Source of the DNA: a virus
Direction: 5' to 3' (one strand)
Length of the DNA stretch: 64,000 nucleotides
IMG/VR virus record: IMGVR_UViG_3300043172_001413
The notes under the pieces were generated by a model. That model searched no databases and was not told the DNA's origin. It worked only from the letters and a program-made list of their open reading frames with translations. Each line of letters starts with the position of its first letter. Position 1 is the first letter of the stretch. Shown here in pieces: positions 28,330 to 38,520 of this stretch. A program made the translations under genes and the position numbers.

Positions 28330-28707
28330 ATGAACATGAACTGTATTCTTATTGGTAGCCCAGATAAAATATCTCTAAACAACTTTGTTAAGTTCCTGAA
28401 AAAAAGTCTTAATGAATATAGAATAGGTGTTATGCATTCTTTAATGTCTGCTAATTCTGTTCGATTATATATGGAAGACTTCTTGGAAAAGAACCCCAAG
28501 GCCATGTTTACCTATTACGCAAAACGAAAAGTGGGTATTGATCCGTTGACATGTTTTCCGACTTATGCTCAGGAAAGAGCAGATGTTGTTATCTGGTTTG
28601 ATCTTTATTCTACTGAACCAAAATTGGTGAAGGACCGGTTTAATGTAATGAAACAGACTATTAAGGATTGGAATAAATATATAGAGAGTATATCTGGTAA
28701 TATTTAA
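28330..28707 (+). CDS. hypothetical protein
   Basis: 125-aa ORF with AAGGGGG RBS and upstream GTACCATT motif. Confidence 0.5.
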   Translation: MNMNCILIGSPDKISLNNFVKFLKKSLNEYRIGVMHSLMSANSVRLYMEDFLEKNPKAMFTYYAKRKVGIDPLTCFPTYAQERADVVIWFDLYSTEPKLVKDRFNVMKQTIKDWNKYIESISGNI

Positions 28708-29144
28708 TGAAAGGAGGTATTACTTCTCGGAGAGAGAATACGTCCAGTACATAGAGAAAATTAGGGCTAAAATACAGGGGGCAGTATCTTGTCGGGACCA
28801 TAAAGGCTACGGCCGGTGACCGGAGGTACTGATCTGCTATGGGTAGAATCCCTATAAATTTCCTTCCATACAGGTTGTAGTGGACCAAATTCGTTGCCTG
28901 AAAGATATTACGAATTATGGGGGTGTTTATAACAGGTGCAGTAAAATTACTGTGGCTTGGGGGTTAAGCTGATACTGAGGATGCTGTGTACTGATTGTGG
29001 AGATTAAAGGATTTTCCCGCTCTATTCTACTATGAATAGTAGAAACGAAAACACTCGACAACGAAAAAAAGGCGTTGGAGTTCCCTTCGCCAACGAAGAG
29101 AAAGCGGCCAAAAGAGGCAGAAGGTTTGCTACTAACTACCAAAA
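28708..29144 (+). other. ORF-poor, relatively GC-rich structured segment; candidate non-coding RNA
   Basis: No ORF of 60 aa or more on plus strand; strong RBS AAAGGAGG without ATG; inverted repeats GGCCGGTGACCGG, TTCTACTAT-GA-ATAGTAGAA, CGTTGG...CCAACG. Confidence 0.25.
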
Positions 29145-29191
29145 AATCAGTAAAAAGAAAAGATATAGAAAAAGGACTCGGTTCATATAAG
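29145..29191 (+). repeat. 47-bp direct repeat copy B
   Basis: Identical to 28196-28242; 45 nt upstream of next gene start. Confidence 0.9.
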
Positions 29192-29229
29192 AACAATACT
29201 ACCAATTATTTACAAGAGAGATCCGGGAG

Positions 29230-29526
29230 GTGAAGATGGGTGTTACAATGTTAACGGCATTGATTATTCAATCAAGAGGTGATGATGTTAAATGTGAATA
29301 TACCGGGCCAGATAAGGACGGTATGTATACCGGTTGGATAAATCTTTATAGAGACGAAGAATATGATCACCCGTTACTGGATTCCGGACCAACGTTTAAG
29401 GAAAAGAAAATTGCTATTGAAACAATGGAGGGTATTGTAGTTCAGATAAGGGAAATTGATTTAAACCCTCCGCGGGAAGTTAAAGAAGCTATGAGTGTTG
29501 CACAACAAGTCAAGAATGCAATTTGA
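29230..29526 (+). CDS. hypothetical protein
   Basis: 98-aa ORF, GGGAGG RBS. Confidence 0.5.
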   Translation: MKMGVTMLTALIIQSRGDDVKCEYTGPDKDGMYTGWINLYRDEEYDHPLLDSGPTFKEKKIAIETMEGIVVQIREIDLNPPREVKEAMSVAQQVKNAI

Positions 29527-29582
29527 TCTTTGAGAATTAATGAGTATCCCAGAAGATCATAAGAAACATTACCGGCGAAACT

Positions 29583-29849
29583 GTGGAGGAGGTTCAAAAA
29601 GAGATGCCTATGAACAATGATGTTATGGGAGTCTTTATTAAATTTGGTGAATCTATTCAGACCTCCTTCACGGGTCTAAAGTCTCCGGGCAGGATCTGGG
29701 AAACCGCCTTTAATGGATCATCCCGGGTTGCAAAACCGGAAACTGGTAAGAAATACCCATATCAGAAAGTTGAAGAAGAAAAACCTAAAAAAGAACCAGA
29801 AAGACCTGTGTTTAATCGGTACAGAGCTTTGATTGATAAAAATGAATAG
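29583..29849 (+). CDS. hypothetical protein (TAG stop)
   Basis: 88-aa ORF, GGAGG RBS. Confidence 0.45.
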   Translation: MEEVQKEMPMNNDVMGVFIKFGESIQTSFTGLKSPGRIWETAFNGSSRVAKPETGKKYPYQKVEEEKPKKEPERPVFNRYRALIDKNE

Positions 29850-29860
29850 AGTCAATTTTA

Positions 29861-30823
29861 ATGTTATCTTCTGTAATTGGTCACGAACAGCTGAAGGAAA
29901 AATTGTCTATTCGTTTAAAAGAGCATCCGGCTGGGGTGTTTCTTTTTTGCGGTCCTGCCAGTATTGGTAAACGTACGACTGCTTTTGAAGCGGCAAAATA
30001 TATTCTGTGTGAAGATAAGTCTGAGGAAAAGTGTTCCTGTCAATCCTGTAAAAGATTCAAATCGGAACACCCTGATTTCTTATGTGTGGGCCGGCATGAG
30101 AAAATTAAAGTACACGATGTTGATTCAATAATTAATTTCAGTTCTACCGCTCCATTGATTTCGGATTATAAAGTTGTTGTTCTTGATAATGCTCATGAAA
30201 TAACTCCGGAAGCTGCGAACCGGTTATTGAAGAGACTGGAGGAACCTCCGCCGAAGTTTACTTTTATTTTAGTTACTTCAAACCCACAGTATCTTATTCC
30301 TACAGTATTATCCCGGTGCATAAAATATGAATTTGGTAATTTAAACCGTGATGAACTCACTACTATAATAAGGAAGAAACTGGGTTTTAGTTCTAAAAAG
30401 TCTGAGGTACTGGGGCTACTTGCTGTGGACTCTTCGTTGGATGTTTTTAAGAATGCTGGCCACTATTTGAAATACCGGAAAATGGCTGTTGAATTCCTGT
30501 CGGAAATAAAAAGTCGTTCTCTGATTGATTCTCTTGATTATGTGGATAAGATTGAGAAAGAGGATATACCGATTTTTATCGATATGATGATGCTGTTACT
30601 GACTGATTTTCTTCTCCTGAAAAATAATATTCCAGAGATAACCAACAAAGATATGGAGGAGGATCTAATAAAGATTGCGAAGCACATAAATGATAAAGCT
30701 CTTATAGGGGTTGTGGGAATGTTTAGTCAGATAAAGAGATATTTATATCTCAATATTAATTTGAACCTTTATTTGAAAAATGCAGTTATAAAGAGTTATC
30801 CTTATTTCATGGCGGACGTATGA
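29861..30823 (+). CDS. holB: DNA polymerase III delta-prime clamp-loader subunit
   Basis: FCGPASIGKRT, zinc module CSCQSCKRFKSEHPD, SRC motif. Confidence 0.65.
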   Translation: MLSSVIGHEQLKEKLSIRLKEHPAGVFLFCGPASIGKRTTAFEAAKYILCEDKSEEKCSCQSCKRFKSEHPDFLCVGRHEKIKVHDVDSIINFSSTAPLISDYKVVVLDNAHEITPEAANRLLKRLEEPPPKFTFILVTSNPQYLIPTVLSRCIKYEFGNLNRDELTTIIRKKLGFSSKKSEVLGLLAVDSSLDVFKNAGHYLKYRKMAVEFLSEIKSRSLIDSLDYVDKIEKEDIPIFIDMMMLLLTDFLLLKNNIPEITNKDMEEDLIKIAKHINDKALIGVVGMFSQIKRYLYLNINLNLYLKNAVIKSYPYFMADV

Positions 30824-31779
30824 ATTACCAGAATGCCGTATCTTCTTTGCGTTTTAAGAAGGAAACCAAATTTGCCCTTGTGGGTAATGAGCGCTATTTA
30901 AAAAAATCTTTTATTAAAATAGCTGAAAAAGTGCACTCTGACTGTACTCTGTATTCATTGTACCCGGATGACCAGGAAGAAGCTCTGGGTCTGCTGGAGT
31001 CTGAGGATCTATTCGGTGCAAAATTATTTGTATTTCATTCTTTTAATGAAATGAAAATGGAGGCCTTTGAGAGGGCTGTAAAAGAATATGGGGGTAACCT
31101 GATACTGGTAATAGGTGAGAAAGCCCGTCTTAAATCCAGGGCTATCACAGGCGTTCTCAGCAACGTTGCAGTAGTGGAGTGTAAAAAGCTTCGTGATTAT
31201 GGTATGGATTATCCTTTATGGATCAGGAATAATATCACAGAAGCAGGTTATACGGCACCGGATGAAATTGACCAGCAAATTTTTTTAAGGGTGGGACCAA
31301 ATATGTCAGCCCTATCACATGAGCTTGAAAAACTTTTTATTGTGAAATCAGAGGAAAAAGTTATTACGGTTGAGGATGTGGAGAAGATAGTGTCAAAAAC
31401 TGCGGTCAGCACAGCTTTTGAGATATTTGAAAGTCTTTTGAAGAGGAATGTTTGTAAGGCTCTGGAATGTTTTTATTCTTATTCTCGGAACCACGTTAAT
31501 TTTATTGAAATAGTTTCTTTTCTGGGATCTTACTTGGAGAAAATGTACCGGATGCTTCTTTTAAAGGAAAAGAGGTTTGCATCTGATGACATAGCGGATA
31601 TTATAAATATTCCGCGCTTTCTTGTGAAGACTAGGTACATGCCACGGGCTCAGGCTTTTGGGAAGAACAAAATAGCTGCGAAAATCGACAGTATCTGTAA
31701 TTTAAATGTGCACTTAAGATTATTCAAAGGGGATAAAAAAATTCTGATGGAGAGATTTATCCTTGGATTTGCTCAATAA
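30820..31779 (+). CDS. putative DNA polymerase III delta subunit
   Basis: Coupled to holB (ATGA overlap); N-terminal FALVGNERYL resembles delta lYG.e.yL. Confidence 0.4.
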   Translation: MNYQNAVSSLRFKKETKFALVGNERYLKKSFIKIAEKVHSDCTLYSLYPDDQEEALGLLESEDLFGAKLFVFHSFNEMKMEAFERAVKEYGGNLILVIGEKARLKSRAITGVLSNVAVVECKKLRDYGMDYPLWIRNNITEAGYTAPDEIDQQIFLRVGPNMSALSHELEKLFIVKSEEKVITVEDVEKIVSKTAVSTAFEIFESLLKRNVCKALECFYSYSRNHVNFIEIVSFLGSYLEKMYRMLLLKEKRFASDDIADIINIPRFLVKTRYMPRAQAFGKNKIAAKIDSICNLNVHLRLFKGDKKILMERFILGFAQ

Positions 31780-31827
31780 TAGAAAAGAAAAAATTTAAAA
31801 AATTGGAGTAAAAGGAGTACCATTATT

Positions 31828-32307
31828 ATGGGTAATTATCGACAACTTTATTTTGGTCCGTATATGCGGATCTGGATGCCGGAAGTAACGGTCAGTGTTC
31901 CCTCACAGACATGTACAAACGAGGACTGTAAGAAACATGGGGAGTATATCCGTCATAAATTCTGTTCTTATTGTGGCTCCCCGGTGGAGAGAATAAACAT
32001 TGAAAAGCCCTCTCATTTAAACCTGCATCAATTTCTGTTAGAAGAATTTAATGATGAGGACATGTTTACAGCTGTTTATCCGGATAATGTTGATCATATC
32101 ATTGCTGTCCCGAACCGCCGTGACCGTCAGGGTGGTACTCGTTTTCAGGATAACTCTGAGACAGAAATTCTGGTACTCTCAGGTAATCTGGAGGAGCAGT
32201 ACATGGCTGATTTTGATAGGGAGGACTGGGAGAGATTGGAAGGAGCTTTGATGGATCGGGATATAAAATATGAGAAATTAACCGGTGTGCTTCAGTGGTT
32301 TAGTTAG
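31828..32307 (+). CDS. zinc-ribbon protein (TAG stop)
   Basis: CTNEDC...CSYCG. Confidence 0.45.
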   Translation: MGNYRQLYFGPYMRIWMPEVTVSVPSQTCTNEDCKKHGEYIRHKFCSYCGSPVERINIEKPSHLNLHQFLLEEFNDEDMFTAVYPDNVDHIIAVPNRRDRQGGTRFQDNSETEILVLSGNLEEQYMADFDREDWERLEGALMDRDIKYEKLTGVLQWFS

Positions 32308-32315
32308 GAGGCTTT

Positions 32316-32552
32316 ATGAAATGCCAGAAGTGTGAGTCGGAACGGCTCTGTTATATCTGTTCAAAGAGCAGTGACCTCAATAACGGCGTGGTGGTAGGGA
32401 CAGAATTTGATGGGTATGTTCCGGATGATATTGGAATAGGTGGTGGGGATTATGTTGATTTTACATGGTGTCTGGAATGTGGCCAGATCCAGGGGCAATT
32501 TCCTTTAGAGACACCTGAGAAATACATTGTTGAGCCGGAAGAACTTGTATAG
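32316..32552 (+). CDS. small zinc-ribbon protein (TAG stop)
   Basis: CQKC...CYIC...CLEC. Confidence 0.45.
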   Translation: MKCQKCESERLCYICSKSSDLNNGVVVGTEFDGYVPDDIGIGGGDYVDFTWCLECGQIQGQFPLETPEKYIVEPEELV

Positions 32553-32602
32553 ACGTAGAGGATCTTTTAAATGGCTAATCATTGCATTGAAGTGGGCTGT
32601 AA

Positions 32603-33256
32603 ATGGCTATGGAGGAACTTATTGATGTAGAGGGTGGGACACACCTGGAAATTGAGCACGGTGAGCGCTTTCTTGGGTGGTATTCATTTAAGACACCGAT
32701 CCGGAAAGAGGAGATCCCGCTTAATTATAAAAAGACGGCTCTGAAATATGAATTTACTATCTGTGATTATAACTTCAGATTCGTGATGCCCCCCAAGATT
32801 GAATTTGTCGATGGATTTATAACTTACTCTGACGGAGAACGTGAATTAGGTATCTTCAGATTTCCTCGAGACCAGGACGGTAAGTTCTGTGCTCCGATAT
32901 CTTTAGACCAAAAAAAGCTTGACGAAATGGTGAATTCTCCGAAGGAGGAATTGGACAAACTTTTATTAATGAAACCGCCCTTGGTTTTTGAAGCTTTCAG
33001 AATCCCGCAATACGGTTTCGAGTTGTTTGACCTTGATGCACAGGCTCGGGAGCGAATATCTAAACTCACAGATATTGACTTTGTAGAATCCCTTAAAAGG
33101 GAGCACGGTGATTTCATAGTAGAGAAAACTAAGAAAATAAAGAGCAATATTTTGTCAATTTGTAATTATCTTTTAATACTCCGAAATGTCTTAGATCATC
33201 AATGGAAAGATTTTAATGAAATATCATTGATGACCAATAAGATAATACACATATAA
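32603..33256 (+). CDS. hypothetical protein
   Basis: 217-aa ORF. Confidence 0.45.
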   Translation: MAMEELIDVEGGTHLEIEHGERFLGWYSFKTPIRKEEIPLNYKKTALKYEFTICDYNFRFVMPPKIEFVDGFITYSDGERELGIFRFPRDQDGKFCAPISLDQKKLDEMVNSPKEELDKLLLMKPPLVFEAFRIPQYGFELFDLDAQARERISKLTDIDFVESLKREHGDFIVEKTKKIKSNILSICNYLLILRNVLDHQWKDFNEISLMTNKIIHI

Positions 33257-33275
33257 GTATAGGAAATCAAATAAG

Positions 33276-35759
33276 ATGGGCGATAAATTTGAATTGTCAT
33301 CGGTAGGAAGGGTTATCTGGGAAGATCGTTATGCGTTAAAGGATGAAAACGGGGATATAATTGAAAAAGATGTTACGGAGACTTTCAGGAGGGTCGCAAA
33401 AGCGGTAGCCTCAAAAGAAAAAGATTCAAAAAAATGGGAAGAAAAATTCTATGATATTATGGTTAAAGGTCTTTTCTGTCCTGCAGGAAGGATTCTCGCA
33501 CATTCGGGTACTCATTATTCCCAGCTTCTTAATTGTTTTGTCCTTCCTTTTGAAAATGACAGCCTTGAGAGTATTATGGATACCGCCAAGAATATGGCGA
33601 TAACGCAAAAGTTTGGCGGAGGAACGGGACATTCTTACAGCGGACTTAGACCTGCAGGATGTTATATAAAAGGTGTCAATGGACGTAGCTGCGGTGCCGT
33701 AGGATTTATTGGTATGATGAGTGTTGTTTCAGAAGTTATTGAACAGGGAGGTACCCGGCGTGGAGCGAATATGGGTGCTCTGGAAGTCAGGCACCCAGAT
33801 ATATGGGAATTTATCAGCTATAAGAATGATCATAATTGGGATCGTCTCCTCGATTTCATGGAAGTTCAGGATGAGGAAAAATGGAAATATTTCAAATATG
33901 AAAATTTATATAAATGGCAGATGTACAATGTCAGTGTGGCAATTAACGATGATTTTCTTGAAGCTCTGGATAAGGATGAAGTCTGGCCTTTTATGTGGGA
34001 AGGTAAGGAGTGGGAACTCTATAAAGTTGTTTTTAAAGAAGCGCTGGAGGATGATAAGTACAAAGAAAAAGAATTTGAAGTAACTGCGGACTGTGATGCT
34101 ACTGCCATCTGGAAGGTAAAAAGAAAAATACCGTTTCCAAGGGGTATCGATAAATTTGAAGTTATATCCAGAAGGAAAGTGAAAGCCTCTGAGATATGGG
34201 ATCTGATATGTTATAATGCTTGGGCAGACGGGTGTCCTGGTATCATCAATTTATCTGAGATGCGTAGAATGCATAATCTGGAATACACAGGCACTATTGA
34301 TACAGCGAACCCCTGCGGAGAGCAGCCTCTTCCGGCAAACGCTTCCTGTAATCTTTCAAGTATCTCCCTTCTTCGTTTTGTGAATAAAGAGCTGGGAATA
34401 GTGAATTTTGACCTGTTGGGAGAGGTGGTTAGAACAGCTGTCAGATTTTCTGATGATGTCATCGATAATTGTGAGTTTCCGATTCCTGCAGTGAAAGAGA
34501 AGGCGTTGAAGGAAAGGCGCGTCGGTCTGGGAACTATGGGTGTCCATGACATGCTTATTGAATTGAACCTCGGTTATGACACAGAAGAGGGTAGAAATCT
34601 GGTTGAGGAAGTACTTACGTTCATAAGAAATGAAGCTTACAAGGCTTCTGTAGAGTTAGCTAAGGAAAAAGGATGTTTCCCGGTTCTAAGTAGAACAAAA
34701 TTTATGAAGAGTGGGTTTATTAAGACACTCCCGAAAGAGATCCAGAAACTTATTGAGTTGAATGGTACCCGTAACGGGACATTATTATCTCAGGCTCCTG
34801 CTGGTTCGATAGGAGCATTCCTGAGTGTCTCTTCCGGGTGTGAACCGTGGCCTTTTCTTTCCTTTATCCGGAACACCAGACTCGGTTCTTATGAAGACGG
34901 ATGTGCAGCCTATCTGAAATGGAAGGAAGAGCATCCTAATGAGCCGAAGCCCCTCTATTTCAAAGAAGCGCAGGAAATAAGTCCTGAAGATCATGTAAAA
35001 ATGATGATTATCTTTTCTAAATATATGGACAGTGCTGTCAGTAAAACGATAAATCTTCCCAATAAAGCAACTGTAGCGGATATTAAAGAAGCCTTTCTAT
35101 TTGCATTGAGAAATGGTGTGAAGGGTTTGACTGTTTTTCGTGATGGCAGTAAAGAGGGCGTACTTATTGATAGAGGTAAGAAAAAATTAATAAAAGAGGC
35201 AAAAAAAGCTGTTCATGAGCTACAGGACATGAAGGAAGAATCTGTTCCCGAAAGTCGCATGTCTCCAAGAAAGAGAGGCGGTAAAACAGTAGGTTCAACT
35301 CTACGCATTCATATGCAAAAGCATAATTTATACATTACTGTGAACCGAAACATGAGCGGGGAACTTGTCGAGGTTTTTGCTACTGTTGGTGAGAATAAGA
35401 ATGAGAACTCATTTCATACCAGTGGTGTGGAGGATTCATGGGCAGAAGGTCTGGCAAAGATGATCAGCCTAGCACTTCGTGCAGGGGTAGATACCGCGTC
35501 TATTATCAGGAATCTGAAAAATATACCTTCTGATAAACCGGTTTTTGTTACGTTGGGCGGAAATGAGACATCTGAACTTATATCGTCTCCACCCCATGCA
35601 ATAGCGAGAGCAATAGAGGAAGAAATGCTTCATCCCGTTATAGGTGAGAAAGCGACTCTGGAAAGACCTAATTGTGAAAATTGCGGAAATAATAACACTA
35701 TACCCAAAAGTCCTACATGTTATGATTGTCTGGACTGCGGGTTTAAAAAGTGTGGTTAA
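33276..35759 (+). CDS. ribonucleotide reductase, probably class II (NrdJ-like)
   Basis: NPCGEQPL active-site motif, C-terminal Cys pairs; 827 aa. Confidence 0.7.
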   Translation: MGDKFELSSVGRVIWEDRYALKDENGDIIEKDVTETFRRVAKAVASKEKDSKKWEEKFYDIMVKGLFCPAGRILAHSGTHYSQLLNCFVLPFENDSLESIMDTAKNMAITQKFGGGTGHSYSGLRPAGCYIKGVNGRSCGAVGFIGMMSVVSEVIEQGGTRRGANMGALEVRHPDIWEFISYKNDHNWDRLLDFMEVQDEEKWKYFKYENLYKWQMYNVSVAINDDFLEALDKDEVWPFMWEGKEWELYKVVFKEALEDDKYKEKEFEVTADCDATAIWKVKRKIPFPRGIDKFEVISRRKVKASEIWDLICYNAWADGCPGIINLSEMRRMHNLEYTGTIDTANPCGEQPLPANASCNLSSISLLRFVNKELGIVNFDLLGEVVRTAVRFSDDVIDNCEFPIPAVKEKALKERRVGLGTMGVHDMLIELNLGYDTEEGRNLVEEVLTFIRNEAYKASVELAKEKGCFPVLSRTKFMKSGFIKTLPKEIQKLIELNGTRNGTLLSQAPAGSIGAFLSVSSGCEPWPFLSFIRNTRLGSYEDGCAAYLKWKEEHPNEPKPLYFKEAQEISPEDHVKMMIIFSKYMDSAVSKTINLPNKATVADIKEAFLFALRNGVKGLTVFRDGSKEGVLIDRGKKKLIKEAKKAVHELQDMKEESVPESRMSPRKRGGKTVGSTLRIHMQKHNLYITVNRNMSGELVEVFATVGENKNENSFHTSGVEDSWAEGLAKMISLALRAGVDTASIIRNLKNIPSDKPVFVTLGGNETSELISSPPHAIARAIEEEMLHPVIGEKATLERPNCENCGNNNTIPKSPTCYDCLDCGFKKCG

Positions 35760-35797
35760 TATATCTGTCACAAACATATATCAAAAAGGAGTGTTCC

Positions 35798-36100
35798 ATG
35801 GTTACAGAAATTACCGATGTCAGTGCCATCAGTGAGGGAGATGTCCTTGTTGATTTTTTTACGAAAACCTGCGCCCCTTGTCAAGCTATGAATCCGATAC
35901 TTGAAGAAATTTCGGAAGAGTTTGAGAATGTGAAGGTAGCAAAGGTTGATGTGGCCCGTAATCCGGATGTTTCTCAAATGTTCGGGATAATGTCTGTTCC
36001 AACAATTATTTTCATGAGGGACAGAAAAGTACGGGAGACCCTTCGAGGTCTTTCTAATAAGAAAGACCTGATTTCAATGATAAGAAAATATGCAGAGTGA
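35798..36100 (+). CDS. thioredoxin-like protein
   Basis: CAPC redox motif; ATG at 35798 with AAAAGGAG RBS. Confidence 0.65.
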   Translation: MVTEITDVSAISEGDVLVDFFTKTCAPCQAMNPILEEISEEFENVKVAKVDVARNPDVSQMFGIMSVPTIIFMRDRKVRETLRGLSNKKDLISMIRKYAE

Positions 36101-36401
36101 AAAATATAAGATAGAATTGGATTTAGATAGAGATAGGATAAAATCTATATTATCTGAAACCTACAGCATTTGTGAAGATATGCTTGGAGTTCAGTTTAAC
36201 ATCACGATAGAGGAATTTGTTGGAAAGATAAACATTTTTCTTGACAGCAATAGAGTAACTATTCCGGTATTATTGAATTTACCGTCACGACAATATCCTG
36301 AATTGAAGATAGAAGTTGATCCTCGGAAAAAGAGTGTAAGAGCCCGTATGGCTCAGAGGAAGAAGAGAATTTTTCTGAATAGGTATTTGACAAAATTATG
36401 A
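36090..36401 (+). CDS. hypothetical protein
   Basis: ORF overlapping thioredoxin stop. Confidence 0.4.
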   Translation: MQSEKYKIELDLDRDRIKSILSETYSICEDMLGVQFNITIEEFVGKINIFLDSNRVTIPVLLNLPSRQYPELKIEVDPRKKSVRARMAQRKKRIFLNRYLTKL

Positions 36402-36607
36402 CGGAAAAAACTAAAATAACCGGTGAAGTGATGGCTTTTTCAAATCCTTTCTCTTATCAACCATCGTTAAATGACATTATTATGGTAAGAACTGATCTAG
36501 GTTTAGTCTGTGTTCCTGTGAGAGATCCCCAAAAATATCAGATACATCAGGAACTGGAAATTTCGATTACTATAAAGAGCAGGGAGAAGAATTTAAAGGA
36601 TGCCTAA
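36398..36607 (+). CDS. hypothetical protein
   Basis: ATGA-coupled. Confidence 0.4.
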   Translation: MTEKTKITGEVMAFSNPFSYQPSLNDIIMVRTDLGLVCVPVRDPQKYQIHQELEISITIKSREKNLKDA

Positions 36608-37091
36608 AGGTCCATTGTTTCTAAGATTTATAAATAGAGAATTAAGTGTATTCGAGATGCTACAGTCTTTTGCGAAATCCTCTGATTCTCAAACTGCAAA
36701 AGTCGCTACTAAAGCCATGAGTAGCCCTCCTGACTTGGAGGGCTTTAGGTCAGAGATGAAAGAAGCGGTTACTGACCTTATTAAAGAAGGACCCGGGCAG
36801 GAGTTCATAGCCTTCGTTGATTATTATATGAAAGAATCCTTGGAAGAGGATCTCGAGATAGAAAAGGGCCAGCTCGGAAAAAATGTATCTCGGTGGGCGC
36901 GAATCAAAGATGAGACAAAACCATGGATGCAGGGCTTTATCTGCTATAATTTATGTCTTTACATAAAGGCATTTGGTTTGCAGTCATTAAAAAAGTGTAA
37001 GATATGCTCGAAATTTTTTAATCATAAAGGAAAATATGCTGTCTATTGTAGTGACCCATGTAAGTCAGAAGGGAAGGTAAAAAGTGAGTGA
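36600..37091 (+). CDS. hypothetical protein with C-terminal zinc ribbon
   Basis: CKICSKF...CSDPC. Confidence 0.45.
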   Translation: MPKGPLFLRFINRELSVFEMLQSFAKSSDSQTAKVATKAMSSPPDLEGFRSEMKEAVTDLIKEGPGQEFIAFVDYYMKESLEEDLEIEKGQLGKNVSRWARIKDETKPWMQGFICYNLCLYIKAFGLQSLKKCKICSKFFNHKGKYAVYCSDPCKSEGKVKSE

Positions 37092-37269
37092 AAAATACGC
37101 GGTTATTATTAAGAAAAATGATGATCCTATTTTTGAACTTGAATCTGATAATTTTCAGATATCGCATCACCGTAAGGTAGAGCCTGTGTACTCGGCAGGG
37201 TGTTTTTCTCCCGTTAGTTTAGATGTTGTTGAAGGTTCAGAAGAAATTATTATTACAATTAAGAAATAA
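37084..37269 (+). CDS. hypothetical protein
   Basis: 61-aa coupled ORF. Confidence 0.35.
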   Translation: MSEKYAVIIKKNDDPIFELESDNFQISHHRKVEPVYSAGCFSPVSLDVVEGSEEIIITIKK

Positions 37270-37280
37270 GGAATAAAAAA

Positions 37281-38036
37281 GTGACTTTAGGCGCGGTCTA
37301 TTGCACGTATAATGCCTGCTCGTTCTTGACAGAATCGGTGCGACGGGTATATCCTCTTGTTGACAAAGTAATATTTCTTGTTAATTTTATGCCCTGGTGC
37401 GGAGACCCCTTTCCTGTTCTCCGGGGGAACACTATTATAACAATTTTGGACATTCCTGATATTGACAATAAATTTGAAATTGTTGTGGGGTATTGGAAAG
37501 ATGAAGCTGAACAGCGGAATGCAGGCCTTAAAATCTTGAGAGATAAAGATGTTGACTGGTGTCTAATTGTGGATGATGATGAACTTTATAATTATGAAGA
37601 GTTAAAGAATATCAGACATATGTTAGAGAATGATGGAATTCATGCTGCATATCTTATTTATCATCAAATATACTGGAAGGATAGAGATACTATTATAGAA
37701 GGTGTTTTCGGATCTTTTCCTACTCTTGCGCGTACAGACGGCACTGTTAATTTCAATGAGAATAGAATGATTCTGGTTAAGGAACTTCATACCTGGTTTT
37801 CTCTTTCAGCTAATATGATTATGTGTCATCATATGTCCTATGTCAGGACAGATGAGGAGATGTATCGAAAGATACAGAGTTTCTCTCATGCTAATGACGT
37901 TATTCCAGACTGGTATGAAAGAATCTGGCTGGGTGATGTCACCACGTATCTTCATCCTTCAGGAGGAGACAGGTTTCAAAGAACTGTTTCTGCTTCTGAA
38001 TCTCAATATCAACTTCAGCCAGTTCATTCAGGTTAA
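37281..38036 (+). CDS. putative GT-A fold glycosyltransferase
   Basis: CLIVDDDELYN DxD-like motif. Confidence 0.35.
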   Translation: MTLGAVYCTYNACSFLTESVRRVYPLVDKVIFLVNFMPWCGDPFPVLRGNTIITILDIPDIDNKFEIVVGYWKDEAEQRNAGLKILRDKDVDWCLIVDDDELYNYEELKNIRHMLENDGIHAAYLIYHQIYWKDRDTIIEGVFGSFPTLARTDGTVNFNENRMILVKELHTWFSLSANMIMCHHMSYVRTDEEMYRKIQSFSHANDVIPDWYERIWLGDVTTYLHPSGGDRFQRTVSASESQYQLQPVHSG

Positions 38037-38040
38037 TAAT

Positions 38041-38514
38041 ATGGGAACACGGCCATCGTGGGATGAATATTTTATGGAATTGGTAGATAGTGTCTCAAAA
38101 AGAACCACTTGTGATAGAGGGAGAATTGGTTGTGTTATTATAAGAGACAAACATGTACTTGTTTCTGGATATGCGGGCTCTCCTGTCGGATTGCCTCACT
38201 GTGATGATGTAGGTCATAAAATGAAAAAAGAGATTCACGATGACGGTACTGTAACAGAACATTGTGTCAGAACAGTACATGCTGAGCAGAATGCGATTTG
38301 TCAGGCAGCTAAGTTGGGTATTTCTCTCGAGGGAGGTACATTATATACCAGTATGACTCCCTGCAGAGTCTGTGCCATGCTTATTATTAATTGTGGAATA
38401 AAACGAGTCGTATGCAAGCGAAAATACCATGCCGGTGCAGAATCGGAAGCTATGTTTAAAGAAGTGGGAATTGAGCTGGATTGTAAATACGATGAGATAC
38501 AGAAGTATGAGTAA
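38041..38514 (+). CDS. dCMP deaminase
   Basis: WDEYFM, HAEQNAI, PCRVCA; start at ATG 38041. Confidence 0.75.
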   Translation: MGTRPSWDEYFMELVDSVSKRTTCDRGRIGCVIIRDKHVLVSGYAGSPVGLPHCDDVGHKMKKEIHDDGTVTEHCVRTVHAEQNAICQAAKLGISLEGGTLYTSMTPCRVCAMLIINCGIKRVVCKRKYHAGAESEAMFKEVGIELDCKYDEIQKYE

Positions 38515-38520
38515 ATAAGT

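Noticed and set aside
28661-29205. Minus-strand ORFs 28661..28888 and 28927..29205
   Set aside because: Their translations are low-complexity (S/F/L-rich) and antisense to a strong plus-strand RBS region, with no start context. They are likely noise over a non-coding segment.
37840-38040. Extended N-terminus of dCMP deaminase ORF (37840..38514) and of UDG ORF (39896..)
   Set aside because: The extensions overlap upstream genes by about 200 nt and about 0-50 nt. Conserved family N-termini (MGTRPSWDEYFM, MSNKIERLEK) begin at internal ATGs 38041 and 39950.
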